The notes under the pieces: generated by a model
Told to the model about the DNA's origin: nothing
Databases searched by the model: none
What the model saw: only the letters and a program-made list of their open reading frames with translations
Assembly (NCBI GenBank): GCA_017386165.1
Contig: JAFNQK010000122.1
Location: forward strand, 1-56,932
Direction: 5' to 3'
Length of the DNA stretch: 56,932 bases
DNA from: Treponema sp.
GTDB lineage: Bacteria > Spirochaetota > Spirochaetia > Treponematales > Treponemataceae
Shown: positions 27,899-36,473 of the stretch, piece after piece
Position numbering within the stretch: the first letter of the stretch is position 1
Layout: each line of letters starts with the position of its first letter
Program-made: the position numbers and the translations under genes

Positions 27899-28545
27899 TT
27901 AGCAAGAAATCTGTGAGAAGGAAAATTATCAGTCAGGTTTTTGGCTTCTTCAAAATATTCAAGAGAATAATAGGCGGTGGTTAACTGATAAGAAATTACG
28001 CTTTCCGGCTCGGCAGTGTCCGTGAGATTATTTTTTACAAGTCGTTCTACTGCATGGCGGATGCGGGTTTCTTTAAATGTTCGGGGAATGGTGTAGTAAA
28101 AGACTCTGTCTGTAAGTTTGTATTTGTTTCCCTTTTCCCGATAAAAATCGTTTCCAAGATCCTGTCCGCCGCCCCGTTCAATTTTTGGGCGGTTGAGTTT
28201 CAGGTATTCTGCGGGGTCATTTGCTTCTTCGTGGTAGGTTTCGATTACGGCGCAGAGTTTTCCGTTTTTAAACTGGAATTCTATGTATTCAAAAGGGATG
28301 GACTTTGTTTCTTTCCATGTAAGTTTGTAGCAGGAAACTCCAAAGTGGGTCAGGTTGCATTTGTTCCAGATGGATTTGTTGTTGTTTTTTTCGACCCATT
28401 CTTTTGTCTGCTGTTCGGTGGCGCCCCAGGGGAGTCCTTTCCAGCCGTTTTCGATATTTATTGTTCTAATTATGACAAAAGCGGGTGCCATTAAAAAGAC
28501 AACGGAGAGAATACAGATTGTGACGATGCTGCTTTTTTTAGTCAT
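27895..28545 (-). CDS. Hypothetical protein with N-terminal membrane anchor
   Basis: Likely start MTKKSS (SD AAGGAA) overlapping the upstream stop; KGLPWGAT motif after the TM. Confidence 0.6.
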   Translation of the reverse strand: MTKKSSIVTICILSVVFLMAPAFVIIRTINIENGWKGLPWGATEQQTKEWVEKNNNKSIWNKCNLTHFGVSCYKLTWKETKSIPFEYIEFQFKNGKLCAVIETYHEEANDPAEYLKLNRPKIERGGGQDLGNDFYREKGNKYKLTDRVFYYTIPRTFKETRIRHAVERLVKNNLTDTAEPESVISYQLTTAYYSLEYFEEAKNLTDNFPSHRFLAK

Positions 28546-29374
28546 TGGTGGTTCCTTCTTCAATCTGACGTATTTCAGAGACCCTTTTTAGGAGTCCTTT
28601 TTTCTTGTGAGAAAGAATAGAAGATTCTTTTCTGGATTTTAATTCCATTGTATCGTATTTTCCGATAAGAAAGTTTAAGTCCATAAGAATTTTGGTTTTA
28701 TTTACTCCGCCGCCAAGAAATTCCAGATAGAAGCCTGCTGCAGAAAAGAGAATTGCGATAAAGCCCCATACTCCAAGGGCCTGATTAATAAAAGAAATAT
28801 TTTTGAAAACGCAGACTGCACTAAAAATTATCAAAAGAAGTCTTGCAAGGCTCTGGGCTCCAAGTACCATTCCGGTGATGCTCACGGCTGCAAAAATTGT
28901 CATGATGATATCAGATTTGAGTTTGTCCATCATGGAAACAGACATTCCTGTATTTGGAAAAAGAAAAATCTTGGTAAGCATTGTAAAAAACAGGGTATGA
29001 ACGAGAATGCTTAAGAGATTCAAGATTACGTTTAGCGGTCTGCGAGCTTCTTTTGCCAGGGCCGGATTTTTTTCTTCTTCTGTAAAATTAAATATGCCCC
29101 GGAACTGTAAAATGCTCATGAGAACCAGTGCCACTAGTGCACTCATAAAGTCCGGGCGCTGCTGGCTGGTAATTGTCTGCTGTTTGTATACTCCCAGAAC
29201 GGAAAGAATCTCGCCCCAGATGTTGTTAAAATATGGAGAAGCAATATCAACTTTTAACGGCATCATAAAAAGCCATGCAGAAGTCCATATAAGGACAAGC
29301 CCGATGAGTTTATAGAAATTTATTATATTCCACCAGGGAGTTTTTATTTCTGTCGGATTGAATTCTTCTGCCAT
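28538..29374 (-). CDS. Hypothetical polytopic membrane protein
   Basis: About 6-7 hydrophobic segments; SD GAGG. Confidence 0.7.
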   Translation of the reverse strand: MAEEFNPTEIKTPWWNIINFYKLIGLVLIWTSAWLFMMPLKVDIASPYFNNIWGEILSVLGVYKQQTITSQQRPDFMSALVALVLMSILQFRGIFNFTEEEKNPALAKEARRPLNVILNLLSILVHTLFFTMLTKIFLFPNTGMSVSMMDKLKSDIIMTIFAAVSITGMVLGAQSLARLLLIIFSAVCVFKNISFINQALGVWGFIAILFSAAGFYLEFLGGGVNKTKILMDLNFLIGKYDTMELKSRKESSILSHKKKGLLKRVSEIRQIEEGTTND

Positions 29375-29461
29375 AACGCCTCTCGCATTCTACTTAATAT
29401 AATAAAATATTCTATCATATCAATTTGACCGTGTAAAATTACTTTGCTATATTAATATTAT

Positions 29462-31261
29462 ATGAATTTAGCCGCATTACAGCATAAAGCTTTTGACAAT
29501 TTTTGTTATCCTCTCGATGAGAATACTCTTGAAATAAATCTGCTTACAGCAAAAGACGTAAAAAAAGTAATTTTAGTTTATGGAGACCCTTTTTCCGGCG
29601 GAATTATGGGCGGAGACTGGAAATGGCAGGGAACTGAGCTTGAGATGGTTTGTTCCGCAGAGCTTCAGTTTAACTATAAGTGGACTCAGACAATAAAACC
29701 TGAGTTTAAGAGAGCCAGATATTATTTTAAGATTTACGGAGAAAACGAAAGTTTTATATTTTGTGAAAAAGGCATCTGCGATATAGATGAAACTCTCTAC
29801 TATGGATTTTTTACATTTCCGTGGATGAATCCCTGCGATGTAATTAAAGTTCCGGAATGGGCTGTTAATACCGTGTGGTATCAGATTTTTCCGAGTCGCT
29901 TTAGCCGGGGCAAAACCCGCTACAAACAGGAAAACCTTCTTGAATGGGCAGAACCGGATGTAAAGATGGAACATGTCTCGGGCAAGCCTGAGCCATGCTA
30001 CGGCGGAAATCTTTCTGGAATTATTGACCGTCTGGATTATCTAAAGGAGCTTGGAATCAGCGGCATTTATATGACTCCGATTAATAAAGCTCACAGCCAG
30101 CACAAATACGATACGACTGATTATCTCAAAATAGATCCAAGTTTTGGCGACAGAAAAACAATGAAAAAATTGGTCCGCGCTTCTCATGAACGGGGAATAA
30201 GGGTAATGCTTGATGGGGTTTTTAACCATTCCGGGTATTTTTTTAAGCCCTGGCAGGATGTTCTTAAAAAACGGAAAAAGTCGAAATATAAAGACTGGTT
30301 CATGATCAATGATTTTGATTTTGGTGAACCTGGCTTTGGTAAAAATGGTAATGCGGGTAAAGGAAAGTTTTATTCTTTTGCCTTTGTTGACTATATGCCA
30401 AAGCTCAATACAAATAATCCTCGTGTTCGTGATTATATCTGTTCTGTCTGTGAACGTTGGGTAAAGGATTACGACATTGATGGTCTCAGACTTGATGTCG
30501 CAAATGAAATCAGCCATGTTCTTTGCCAGGAATTAAGAACCAGAATGAATAAACTTAAACCGGATTTTTATATTATCGGTGAAATCTGGCATAATTCTCT
30601 TCCGTGGCTGAGGGGTGGGGAGTTTGATTCTGTAATGAATTACCCTCTGCAGAACTCAATTGCAGATTTTTGTATAGACGAAAAAATCTCTTCAAAAGAT
30701 TTTGAATATGCAATTAACAACTGTTATTCAATGTATCCAAGACAGATTAACAGAGTTCTGTTTAACCAGATGGACAGTCACGATACCATCCGCATTCTTA
30801 ATCGAATGAAAATGGACAAGGATCTTGCACGTCTGGCTCTTGTTCTTTTGTTTAGTATGCCTGGTTCTGCCTGCATTTATTACGGAACAGAAATCCTTTT
30901 GGAAGGCGGCCACGATCCAGACTGCAGGCGCTGTATGCCATGGTCTCACATTCAAAATGGTGAATACGATAAAGAACTTGCTTTTATGAAGGCACTGATT
31001 CATCTTAGAAAAACTCATCCTGCAATGACAGGTTCTTATATTTCATTCTGCAAAACGGCCTCAGAAACTGTACAGTCTAATCGTGTCGTAAAGTTTGAAA
31101 AAACAAGTGAAGATAAATCGGAAAAGCTTCTTGTAATCGTAAACTGCGGAAATGAAAGTGTTTCCTGTCCAGAAATCAGCGGACAGGCTTCTGTTTTGTT
31201 CAGTCAGAATTATAAGGATTCTGTTCTTGGAAAAAATGGTTTTGTTATAGTTTCCTTGTAA
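29462..31261 (+). CDS. GH13 neopullulanase/cyclomaltodextrinase-type alpha-glycosidase
   Basis: YQIFP, HKYDT, DGVFNH, GLRLDVANE (nucleophile), GEIW, DSHD, GHDPDCRRCMPW; promoter TTGACC-17-TATATT 8 nt upstream. Confidence 0.92.
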   Translation: MNLAALQHKAFDNFCYPLDENTLEINLLTAKDVKKVILVYGDPFSGGIMGGDWKWQGTELEMVCSAELQFNYKWTQTIKPEFKRARYYFKIYGENESFIFCEKGICDIDETLYYGFFTFPWMNPCDVIKVPEWAVNTVWYQIFPSRFSRGKTRYKQENLLEWAEPDVKMEHVSGKPEPCYGGNLSGIIDRLDYLKELGISGIYMTPINKAHSQHKYDTTDYLKIDPSFGDRKTMKKLVRASHERGIRVMLDGVFNHSGYFFKPWQDVLKKRKKSKYKDWFMINDFDFGEPGFGKNGNAGKGKFYSFAFVDYMPKLNTNNPRVRDYICSVCERWVKDYDIDGLRLDVANEISHVLCQELRTRMNKLKPDFYIIGEIWHNSLPWLRGGEFDSVMNYPLQNSIADFCIDEKISSKDFEYAINNCYSMYPRQINRVLFNQMDSHDTIRILNRMKMDKDLARLALVLLFSMPGSACIYYGTEILLEGGHDPDCRRCMPWSHIQNGEYDKELAFMKALIHLRKTHPAMTGSYISFCKTASETVQSNRVVKFEKTSEDKSEKLLVIVNCGNESVSCPEISGQASVLFSQNYKDSVLGKNGFVIVSL

Positions 31262-31278
31262 AAAAAACAGAAATTTAA

Positions 31279-31330
31279 AATTATATTGTATAAAATATAA
31301 TTGACAAAAATATGTTGTACACGATATAAT
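31279..31330 (+). promoter_or_regulatory. gpx operon promoter overlapped by OhrR-like operator(s)
   Basis: TTGACA-18-TATAAT; inverted repeat ATTATATT-GTATAA-AATATAAT abutting the -35; second degenerate copy in the spacer. Confidence 0.65.
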
Positions 31331-31382
31331 CTAATCAAATGTAAATCAGGCTCCTTTGTTTATGCTTCTTGAGGAGGTCAGT

Positions 31383-31925
31383 ATGACAATTTATGATTTT
31401 AAGGTTTTGAGACGTGATGGTTCAGAGTTTTCACTTTCTGAATTAAAAGGTAAAGTTTTACTTATTGTTAATACAGCGACTGGATGTGGTTTTACTCCAC
31501 AGTATAAAGGGCTTGAAGAGCTTTATCAAAAGTATCACGATCAGGGATTTGAAGTTCTGGATTTTCCATGTGATCAGTTTGGTCACCAGGCTCCAGGTGA
31601 AGATGAAGAAATCCATGAGTTCTGTACAATGAGATATCACACTACATTTGATCAGTTCAAAAAAATCGAAGTAAACGGACCAAATGCAATTCCGTTGTTT
31701 ACATTCTTAAAGGAAAAGCAGGGATTTAAAGGATTTAGCGGAATTAAAGGAGCTGTGATGAAAGCCGTGGCTGCAGCAAAGGATCCAGATTACAAGAACA
31801 ATTCTGACATCAAATGGAACTTTACTAAATTCCTTGTTGATAAAGAAGGAAATGTTGTTGAACGCTTTGAATCTACAGTTGAGCCAAAATCTATTGATGA
31901 CAAAGTAAAATCTTTGTTAGGCTAA
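31383..31925 (+). CDS. Cys-type glutathione peroxidase-family peroxidase
   Basis: VNTATGCGFTPQY, FPCDQFGHQ, IKWNFTKFL; ATG 31383 after GAGGAGG. Confidence 0.93.
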   Translation: MTIYDFKVLRRDGSEFSLSELKGKVLLIVNTATGCGFTPQYKGLEELYQKYHDQGFEVLDFPCDQFGHQAPGEDEEIHEFCTMRYHTTFDQFKKIEVNGPNAIPLFTFLKEKQGFKGFSGIKGAVMKAVAAAKDPDYKNNSDIKWNFTKFLVDKEGNVVERFESTVEPKSIDDKVKSLLG

Positions 31926-31951
31926 GCAAGACTTTCTTTAGGAGTTGATTT

Positions 31952-32866
31952 ATGAAATATGATGTTATCATTCTTGGTGCAGGACCTGCCGGTATTTCTG
32001 CAAGTTTATATGTAAAACGCGCTGGCTTTAATGTTCTGGTTTTGTATCACGGCGAGAGCCAGCTTGAAAAAGCTCATAAAATCCAAAACTTTTACGGTTT
32101 TGCAGATGGAATTTCTGGAAAGGATTTGTATGAAACCGGAATTAACCAGGCTAAAAATCTTGGGATAGAAGTTCTTGACCAGGAGGTAACTCATATTGAA
32201 TTGCTCTCGGCTGGTAAATTAAATGAATATTCAGTAAAAACAAGCGGGGGTGAATACTCGGCTTCTTCTATCATAATATGTACCGGTAACAAAAAGCTTA
32301 AACCTCAGATAAAAGGAATTGAGGAATTTGAAGGTAAAGGTATAAGTTATTGTGCAGTATGTGACGGATTTTTCTATCGCAAAAAAAAGGTTTGCGTTAT
32401 TGGAGACAAACGTTACGCATTGGAAGAAGCCCTTCATCTTGCTAACATGGCAGAAAGTGTGACAATCCTTACAAACGGTAATAATTCTGATGAAATTAAA
32501 GCTCTCCTGGAATCTGAAAAATCCCGTCTTGAACCTGCTGTTTATGGAAAATTAAAGTTGGATGACAGGGCAATAAAGGAAATCTCAGGGCAGGAAAAAG
32601 TTTCTTCTGTTCTATTTAGCGACCAGACTTCTGTTGCAGCTGACGGAGTTTTTGTTGCCCTTGGAGAAGCCGGTGGAGCAGATTTTGCAAAGAAACTCGG
32701 CTTAAATCTTTCTGGTGACAATATTCTGGTTGATGAAAAAATGCAGACAAACGCAAAAGGTATTTTTAGCGCAGGAAATGTTACCGGCGGTCTTTTGCAG
32801 GTTTCTAAAGCAGTTTATGAAGGTTCTGTTGCGGGGCTTTCTGCCGTTGAATATTTGCGGGGGTAA
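31952..32866 (+). CDS. trxB: Thioredoxin reductase-like FAD/NAD(P) oxidoreductase
   Basis: ILGAGPAG, GKGISYCAVCDG, GIFSAGNV. Confidence 0.82.
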   Translation: MKYDVIILGAGPAGISASLYVKRAGFNVLVLYHGESQLEKAHKIQNFYGFADGISGKDLYETGINQAKNLGIEVLDQEVTHIELLSAGKLNEYSVKTSGGEYSASSIIICTGNKKLKPQIKGIEEFEGKGISYCAVCDGFFYRKKKVCVIGDKRYALEEALHLANMAESVTILTNGNNSDEIKALLESEKSRLEPAVYGKLKLDDRAIKEISGQEKVSSVLFSDQTSVAADGVFVALGEAGGADFAKKLGLNLSGDNILVDEKMQTNAKGIFSAGNVTGGLLQVSKAVYEGSVAGLSAVEYLRG

Positions 32867-32871
32867 ATAAA

Positions 32872-33309
32872 ATGAATCAGGAAAATTATGAATGCTTAAA
32901 ATTAGACAATCAACTTTGTTTTCCATTGTACGCGGCCAGCCGTGAAATTTTGCGGCTCTATACACCTTTTCTTTCTCCTTTGGATTTGACCTACACTCAG
33001 TATATTGTTCTTATGGTTTTGTGGGAAAAGGAGAATATGACTGTAGGAGAACTTGGAAAAAAACTCTTTCTTGATACAGGGACCCTTTCTCCCCTTTTAA
33101 AATCCATGGAAAAAAAGAATCTTGTAAAAAGAGAGCGTGCTAAACAGGACGAAAGGGTAGTTACTATTGCAATTACTCAAGAAGGAATGAGTCTAAAAGA
33201 AAAGGCCCGTGAAATTCCATTAAAAGTTGGAAATTGCCTTAAAGTTTCTCCGGAAGAAGCTGAACAGCTGTACAGAATCCTATATAAAATCCTCGGTGTT
33301 GATAAGTAA
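32872..33309 (+). CDS. ohrR: OhrR-type MarR regulator
   Basis: LDNQLCFPLY with sensor Cys, LTYTQYIVL, LDTGTLSPLLK, DERVV. Confidence 0.85.
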   Translation: MNQENYECLKLDNQLCFPLYAASREILRLYTPFLSPLDLTYTQYIVLMVLWEKENMTVGELGKKLFLDTGTLSPLLKSMEKKNLVKRERAKQDERVVTIAITQEGMSLKEKAREIPLKVGNCLKVSPEEAEQLYRILYKILGVDK

Positions 33310-33352
33310 AGCTTCTTTTGCAAAAAAAACTTTTATTGGATATACTGAAATT

Positions 33353-34042
33353 ATGGCATTACAGATTTCATTGACGGCTGATATTATAGATATCAACGAT
33401 AACATTTCCTATATTCACTCTTCAAAAGATCCTCTTAGCAGCGATGTTGTTTTTATCAAGAGGCAGAAGAGTGTCTGGATTTACGATGTCGGTGCCTGCA
33501 AAGAAGCTGCAACAGAAATCGAACATATTTTCAAAAAGAAATATGTGGTTTTAAGCCATTTTCATCCTGACCATGTCTGGAATTTAATCTGTACAAGCAA
33601 TACAGAACTTTTTGTTTCAGAAAATACTCGCAAGTATCTCAAAAAAGGAACCGTATTTGAAAGTCCGATGATTATTCCTGCAGAAGGAAAGGACCCTGAA
33701 ATTAGAGTATTTGAAATTCCTTCAAGTCATGCAAAAGGCTGTCTTGCACTGCAGTGTGGTGATTATCTCTTTTTGGGGGATGCGACATACGCACATGAAA
33801 AGTTTGGAAAACGTTTTTACAATGAACAGAATCTTCGGGAACTGATAGTTGCCCTTCAAAAGAGCAGCTGTCAGTTTGTTGGCCTCAGCCACAGCCGAAG
33901 CTTTATTCACAAGCGTGAAGATATTATAAAGATGCTTACTGCAATCTACGAATCCCGTGAAAAAGGAAAGTCTGAAATACCAGTTGATAACTTTTATTAC
34001 CAGGACGTCCTTTTAGACGGGGAATTTGAAGAATCTGAGTAA
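33353..34042 (+). CDS. MBL-fold metallohydrolase
   Basis: SHFHPDH, SSHAKG, LGDA; start moved to ATG 33353, 6 nt after TTGCAA-17-TATACT. Confidence 0.8.
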   Translation: MALQISLTADIIDINDNISYIHSSKDPLSSDVVFIKRQKSVWIYDVGACKEAATEIEHIFKKKYVVLSHFHPDHVWNLICTSNTELFVSENTRKYLKKGTVFESPMIIPAEGKDPEIRVFEIPSSHAKGCLALQCGDYLFLGDATYAHEKFGKRFYNEQNLRELIVALQKSSCQFVGLSHSRSFIHKREDIIKMLTAIYESREKGKSEIPVDNFYYQDVLLDGEFEESE

Positions 34043-34792
34043 TTATACGTTATCGATAAGACGTACATCTTCAAGGAAAACGGCACCGTAAAGGCGTCCG
34101 TCAAATTCTTCTACGTAATCTACCTTAAATCCTGCTTTTTCAAGAGCCTCTTTTTTATCCTCGATAGAACCTTTTCCACTTAAAATCTCATGGAATTTTG
34201 GAGCAAGGGCAAGTCCCTTTTCAGAAAGCTTTCTGTTGCGGCTTGAAATTGCAAGTCCGTTGTCTTCGCGCACGATTGGGCAAGGAATAATGTTAATATC
34301 TAAGAAGAATGCTTCAATCATTCCTTTAAGGAGCTTGTACTGCTGGAAATCTTTTTCGCCAAAGTAAGCATTGTTTGGTCGTACGATATTGAAAAGCTTC
34401 ATTACAACTGTCAAAACGCCGTCAAAATGTCCTGGGCGTTTTGCACCGCATAATGTCTTGGAAAAATCTGTTTCGATAACTTTGTATTTAAAGTCATCCG
34501 GATACATTACCGGGTAGGTTGGAGCAAAAAGATAATCAACGCCAGCCTTTTCCAAAAGTGCGCAGTCGTCGTTAAAATTTGCCGGGTATGTTTCAAGGTC
34601 TTTTTTGTCGTTAAACTGTGTAGGGTTTAAGTAAACACTTACAACGGTGATGTCGTTTTCGCTCTTAGCTTTGTTTACAAGACTAAGGTGTCCGTTGTGC
34701 AGGCCTCCCATTGTTGGAACAAATCCGATTTTTTTGTCTGAGTTTTGTTTGCGAATTTCTTTCATTTCGCTTACAGTCTTGATGATTTTCAT
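34043..34792 (-). CDS. panC: Pantoate--beta-alanine ligase
   Basis: GFVPTMGGLHNGH, NPTQFN, RPGHFDGV, FGEKDFQQ, GLAISSRN, RLIDN. Confidence 0.96.
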   Translation of the reverse strand: MKIIKTVSEMKEIRKQNSDKKIGFVPTMGGLHNGHLSLVNKAKSENDITVVSVYLNPTQFNDKKDLETYPANFNDDCALLEKAGVDYLFAPTYPVMYPDDFKYKVIETDFSKTLCGAKRPGHFDGVLTVVMKLFNIVRPNNAYFGEKDFQQYKLLKGMIEAFFLDINIIPCPIVREDNGLAISSRNRKLSEKGLALAPKFHEILSGKGSIEDKKEALEKAGFKVDYVEEFDGRLYGAVFLEDVRLIDNV

Positions 34793-34849
34793 AAAAAGCC
34801 TCTTTGCCGCTAGTATAGCACTCTTTAATATTTGTGGTAATAGGGGGTG

Positions 34850-36268
34850 TTATTCTTCGGCTTCCTGGCGGATGCTGTCCAGTCTTGCAAGTCTCTGCTT
34901 ATCCGGTGTGATGCAGAGATTCTTTTCGTGGGTCGGAAGAACAAGGCCTTTTGGACCGTTTTTTGCCCGTCTAAGGTATTTTACATAGGTGTAGTAAAGA
35001 TCGGTTTTACCTGCATTTCGGGCCTTGGAATAATAAACTGCAAGATTTGCGGCATCCAAAAGTATTTCCAGAGGAACGGTTTTGTCTTTTCTAGCTTTGA
35101 TAAAAACATATCCTCCAGGAAAATCCCTTACATGGAGCCAGAGGTCGCTTCCGTTTACATGGTGGCGCAAAAGTTCGTCGTTTTCGTTTGCATCACGACC
35201 TACCAGAATATACCAGCCGTCGATTGTGTAATCCAATCCCGGGTGAGCTTTCTTTTTCTGCTGTTTTGGAGTTGTGTCTTTTCGGAGAAGCTGCTCGATT
35301 TTTACAGTGTTCTGTTCGTTTAGGATTTCATTGTATTTTTTCTCTAGTTTTTCCAGCTGCTTTTTTGATAATTCGATATCGTGAACTAAAGATTCTGCTC
35401 CGCTCTGGGCTTTTTTATAGTTTTCATAATAAACCTGTGCATTTTCGTGTGCAGATTTTGCCGGGTCTATTAAGATCTGAACGGTTTTTCCGCTTTCATA
35501 ATCCTCGCATTCAAGAAATTTTGAAGAGCCGTCAATCAGATACCCATAAGAAAGAATTAAATCACCCTGGTGCTTGAGCTTTTCAGAGGATTCAAATTCC
35601 TTTTGTTTATCTAAAAGGCGTTTGAGGGCGCTTTCCATGCGGGTTTTGGTAGTGTTGTACCATTTTTCTGCTTGTGCAAGAAGGGCTTCCCGGCTGAGAT
35701 TTTGCGCATGTTCGCTGTACCATAAATCTACCCGCTGGTTGTAGGGGAGGTTCTGGTATTCTTCAAACTCCCGGACAGGAAAAACTCTTGGTTCTTTTTG
35801 AGGATCTTCCTCCGGGATGATAAAGATTCCGCCTGTGACTTCTCCCTTTTTTGGCCGCCGGAACATGGTGTCGAGAATTTCATTGTTTTCGTTGCAAACA
35901 ATTACATTTGCGGCACTAGACCAGAGTCTTATATATAGAATAAAGTTTTCATCCCCGTGAACCAGATTCATCTGAATTATGCGCTGTAAACCTATCTGTT
36001 TGCAGGATTCGATTCGGGAGCCTTTTATGTGAGATTTTAAAAACTCCATAAATCGCAAAGGTTTGTCATTTTTAACGATTTTTCTGCGGGTTTCATTTAT
36101 TCGGCAGGAGTTTTGTGCGGTGCAAATCAAAACTGTTTTGGCTGTTCCGTTTGCGTATGTATAAAGGGCAAGGGTATCGTAGCCAGGCTGGACAATATCC
36201 TGTATAAAATATCCTTCGATATTGAGTTCGTCGAGAATTCTATTTATTTCATTACAATTTAGAGACAT
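34850..36268 (-). CDS. NFACT / FbpA-RqcH family protein
   Basis: AHENAQVYYENYKK, ILVGRDANEND, LWLHVRDFPGGYV, AANLAVYYSK; start moved to ATG 36268. Confidence 0.87.
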   Translation of the reverse strand: MSLNCNEINRILDELNIEGYFIQDIVQPGYDTLALYTYANGTAKTVLICTAQNSCRINETRRKIVKNDKPLRFMEFLKSHIKGSRIESCKQIGLQRIIQMNLVHGDENFILYIRLWSSAANVIVCNENNEILDTMFRRPKKGEVTGGIFIIPEEDPQKEPRVFPVREFEEYQNLPYNQRVDLWYSEHAQNLSREALLAQAEKWYNTTKTRMESALKRLLDKQKEFESSEKLKHQGDLILSYGYLIDGSSKFLECEDYESGKTVQILIDPAKSAHENAQVYYENYKKAQSGAESLVHDIELSKKQLEKLEKKYNEILNEQNTVKIEQLLRKDTTPKQQKKKAHPGLDYTIDGWYILVGRDANENDELLRHHVNGSDLWLHVRDFPGGYVFIKARKDKTVPLEILLDAANLAVYYSKARNAGKTDLYYTYVKYLRRAKNGPKGLVLPTHEKNLCITPDKQRLARLDSIRQEAEE

Positions 36269-36275
36269 ATGACAA

Positions 36276-36315
36276 ATTATATAGCATTGACAAACCTCTT
36301 TCAAATTTACATAAT
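36276..36315. promoter_or_regulatory. Overlapping divergent sigma70 promoters (NFACT and ilv leader)
   Basis: Plus: TTGACA(36287)-17-CATAAT, 6 nt to ATG 36322. Minus: TTGAAA(36304)-17-TATAAT, 7 nt to ATG 36268. Confidence 0.7.
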
Positions 36316-36321
36316 AAAATT

Positions 36322-36378
36322 ATGAATACAATTCTTACAAACACATTGTTGGTCGTTCTCGTCGAAGTAGCCTGTTAG
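36322..36378 (+). CDS. ilvB attenuator leader peptide MNTILTNTLLVVLVEVAC
   Basis: 18 codons, 9 of them Ile/Leu/Val and 3 Thr, between the promoter and a terminator upstream of AHAS. Confidence 0.75.
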   Translation: MNTILTNTLLVVLVEVAC

Positions 36379-36425
36379 CTATATCCGGTGACGATTGTGT
36401 GTATGTAATTTTATATACTAAAAGC

Positions 36426-36455
36426 AAGGCTCTCCGGTTGGGGAGCTTTTTTTTT
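36426..36455 (+). terminator. Attenuator terminator upstream of ilvB
   Basis: AAGGCTCTCC-GGTT-GGGGAGCTTT followed by a T-tract, ending just before the ilvB SD. Confidence 0.8.
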
Positions 36456-36473
36456 AATTTTGGAGGTCATGGT

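Noticed and set aside
31383-31925. Selenocysteine recoding in the peroxidase
   Set aside because: The active-site codon is TGT (Cys) and there is no in-frame TGA
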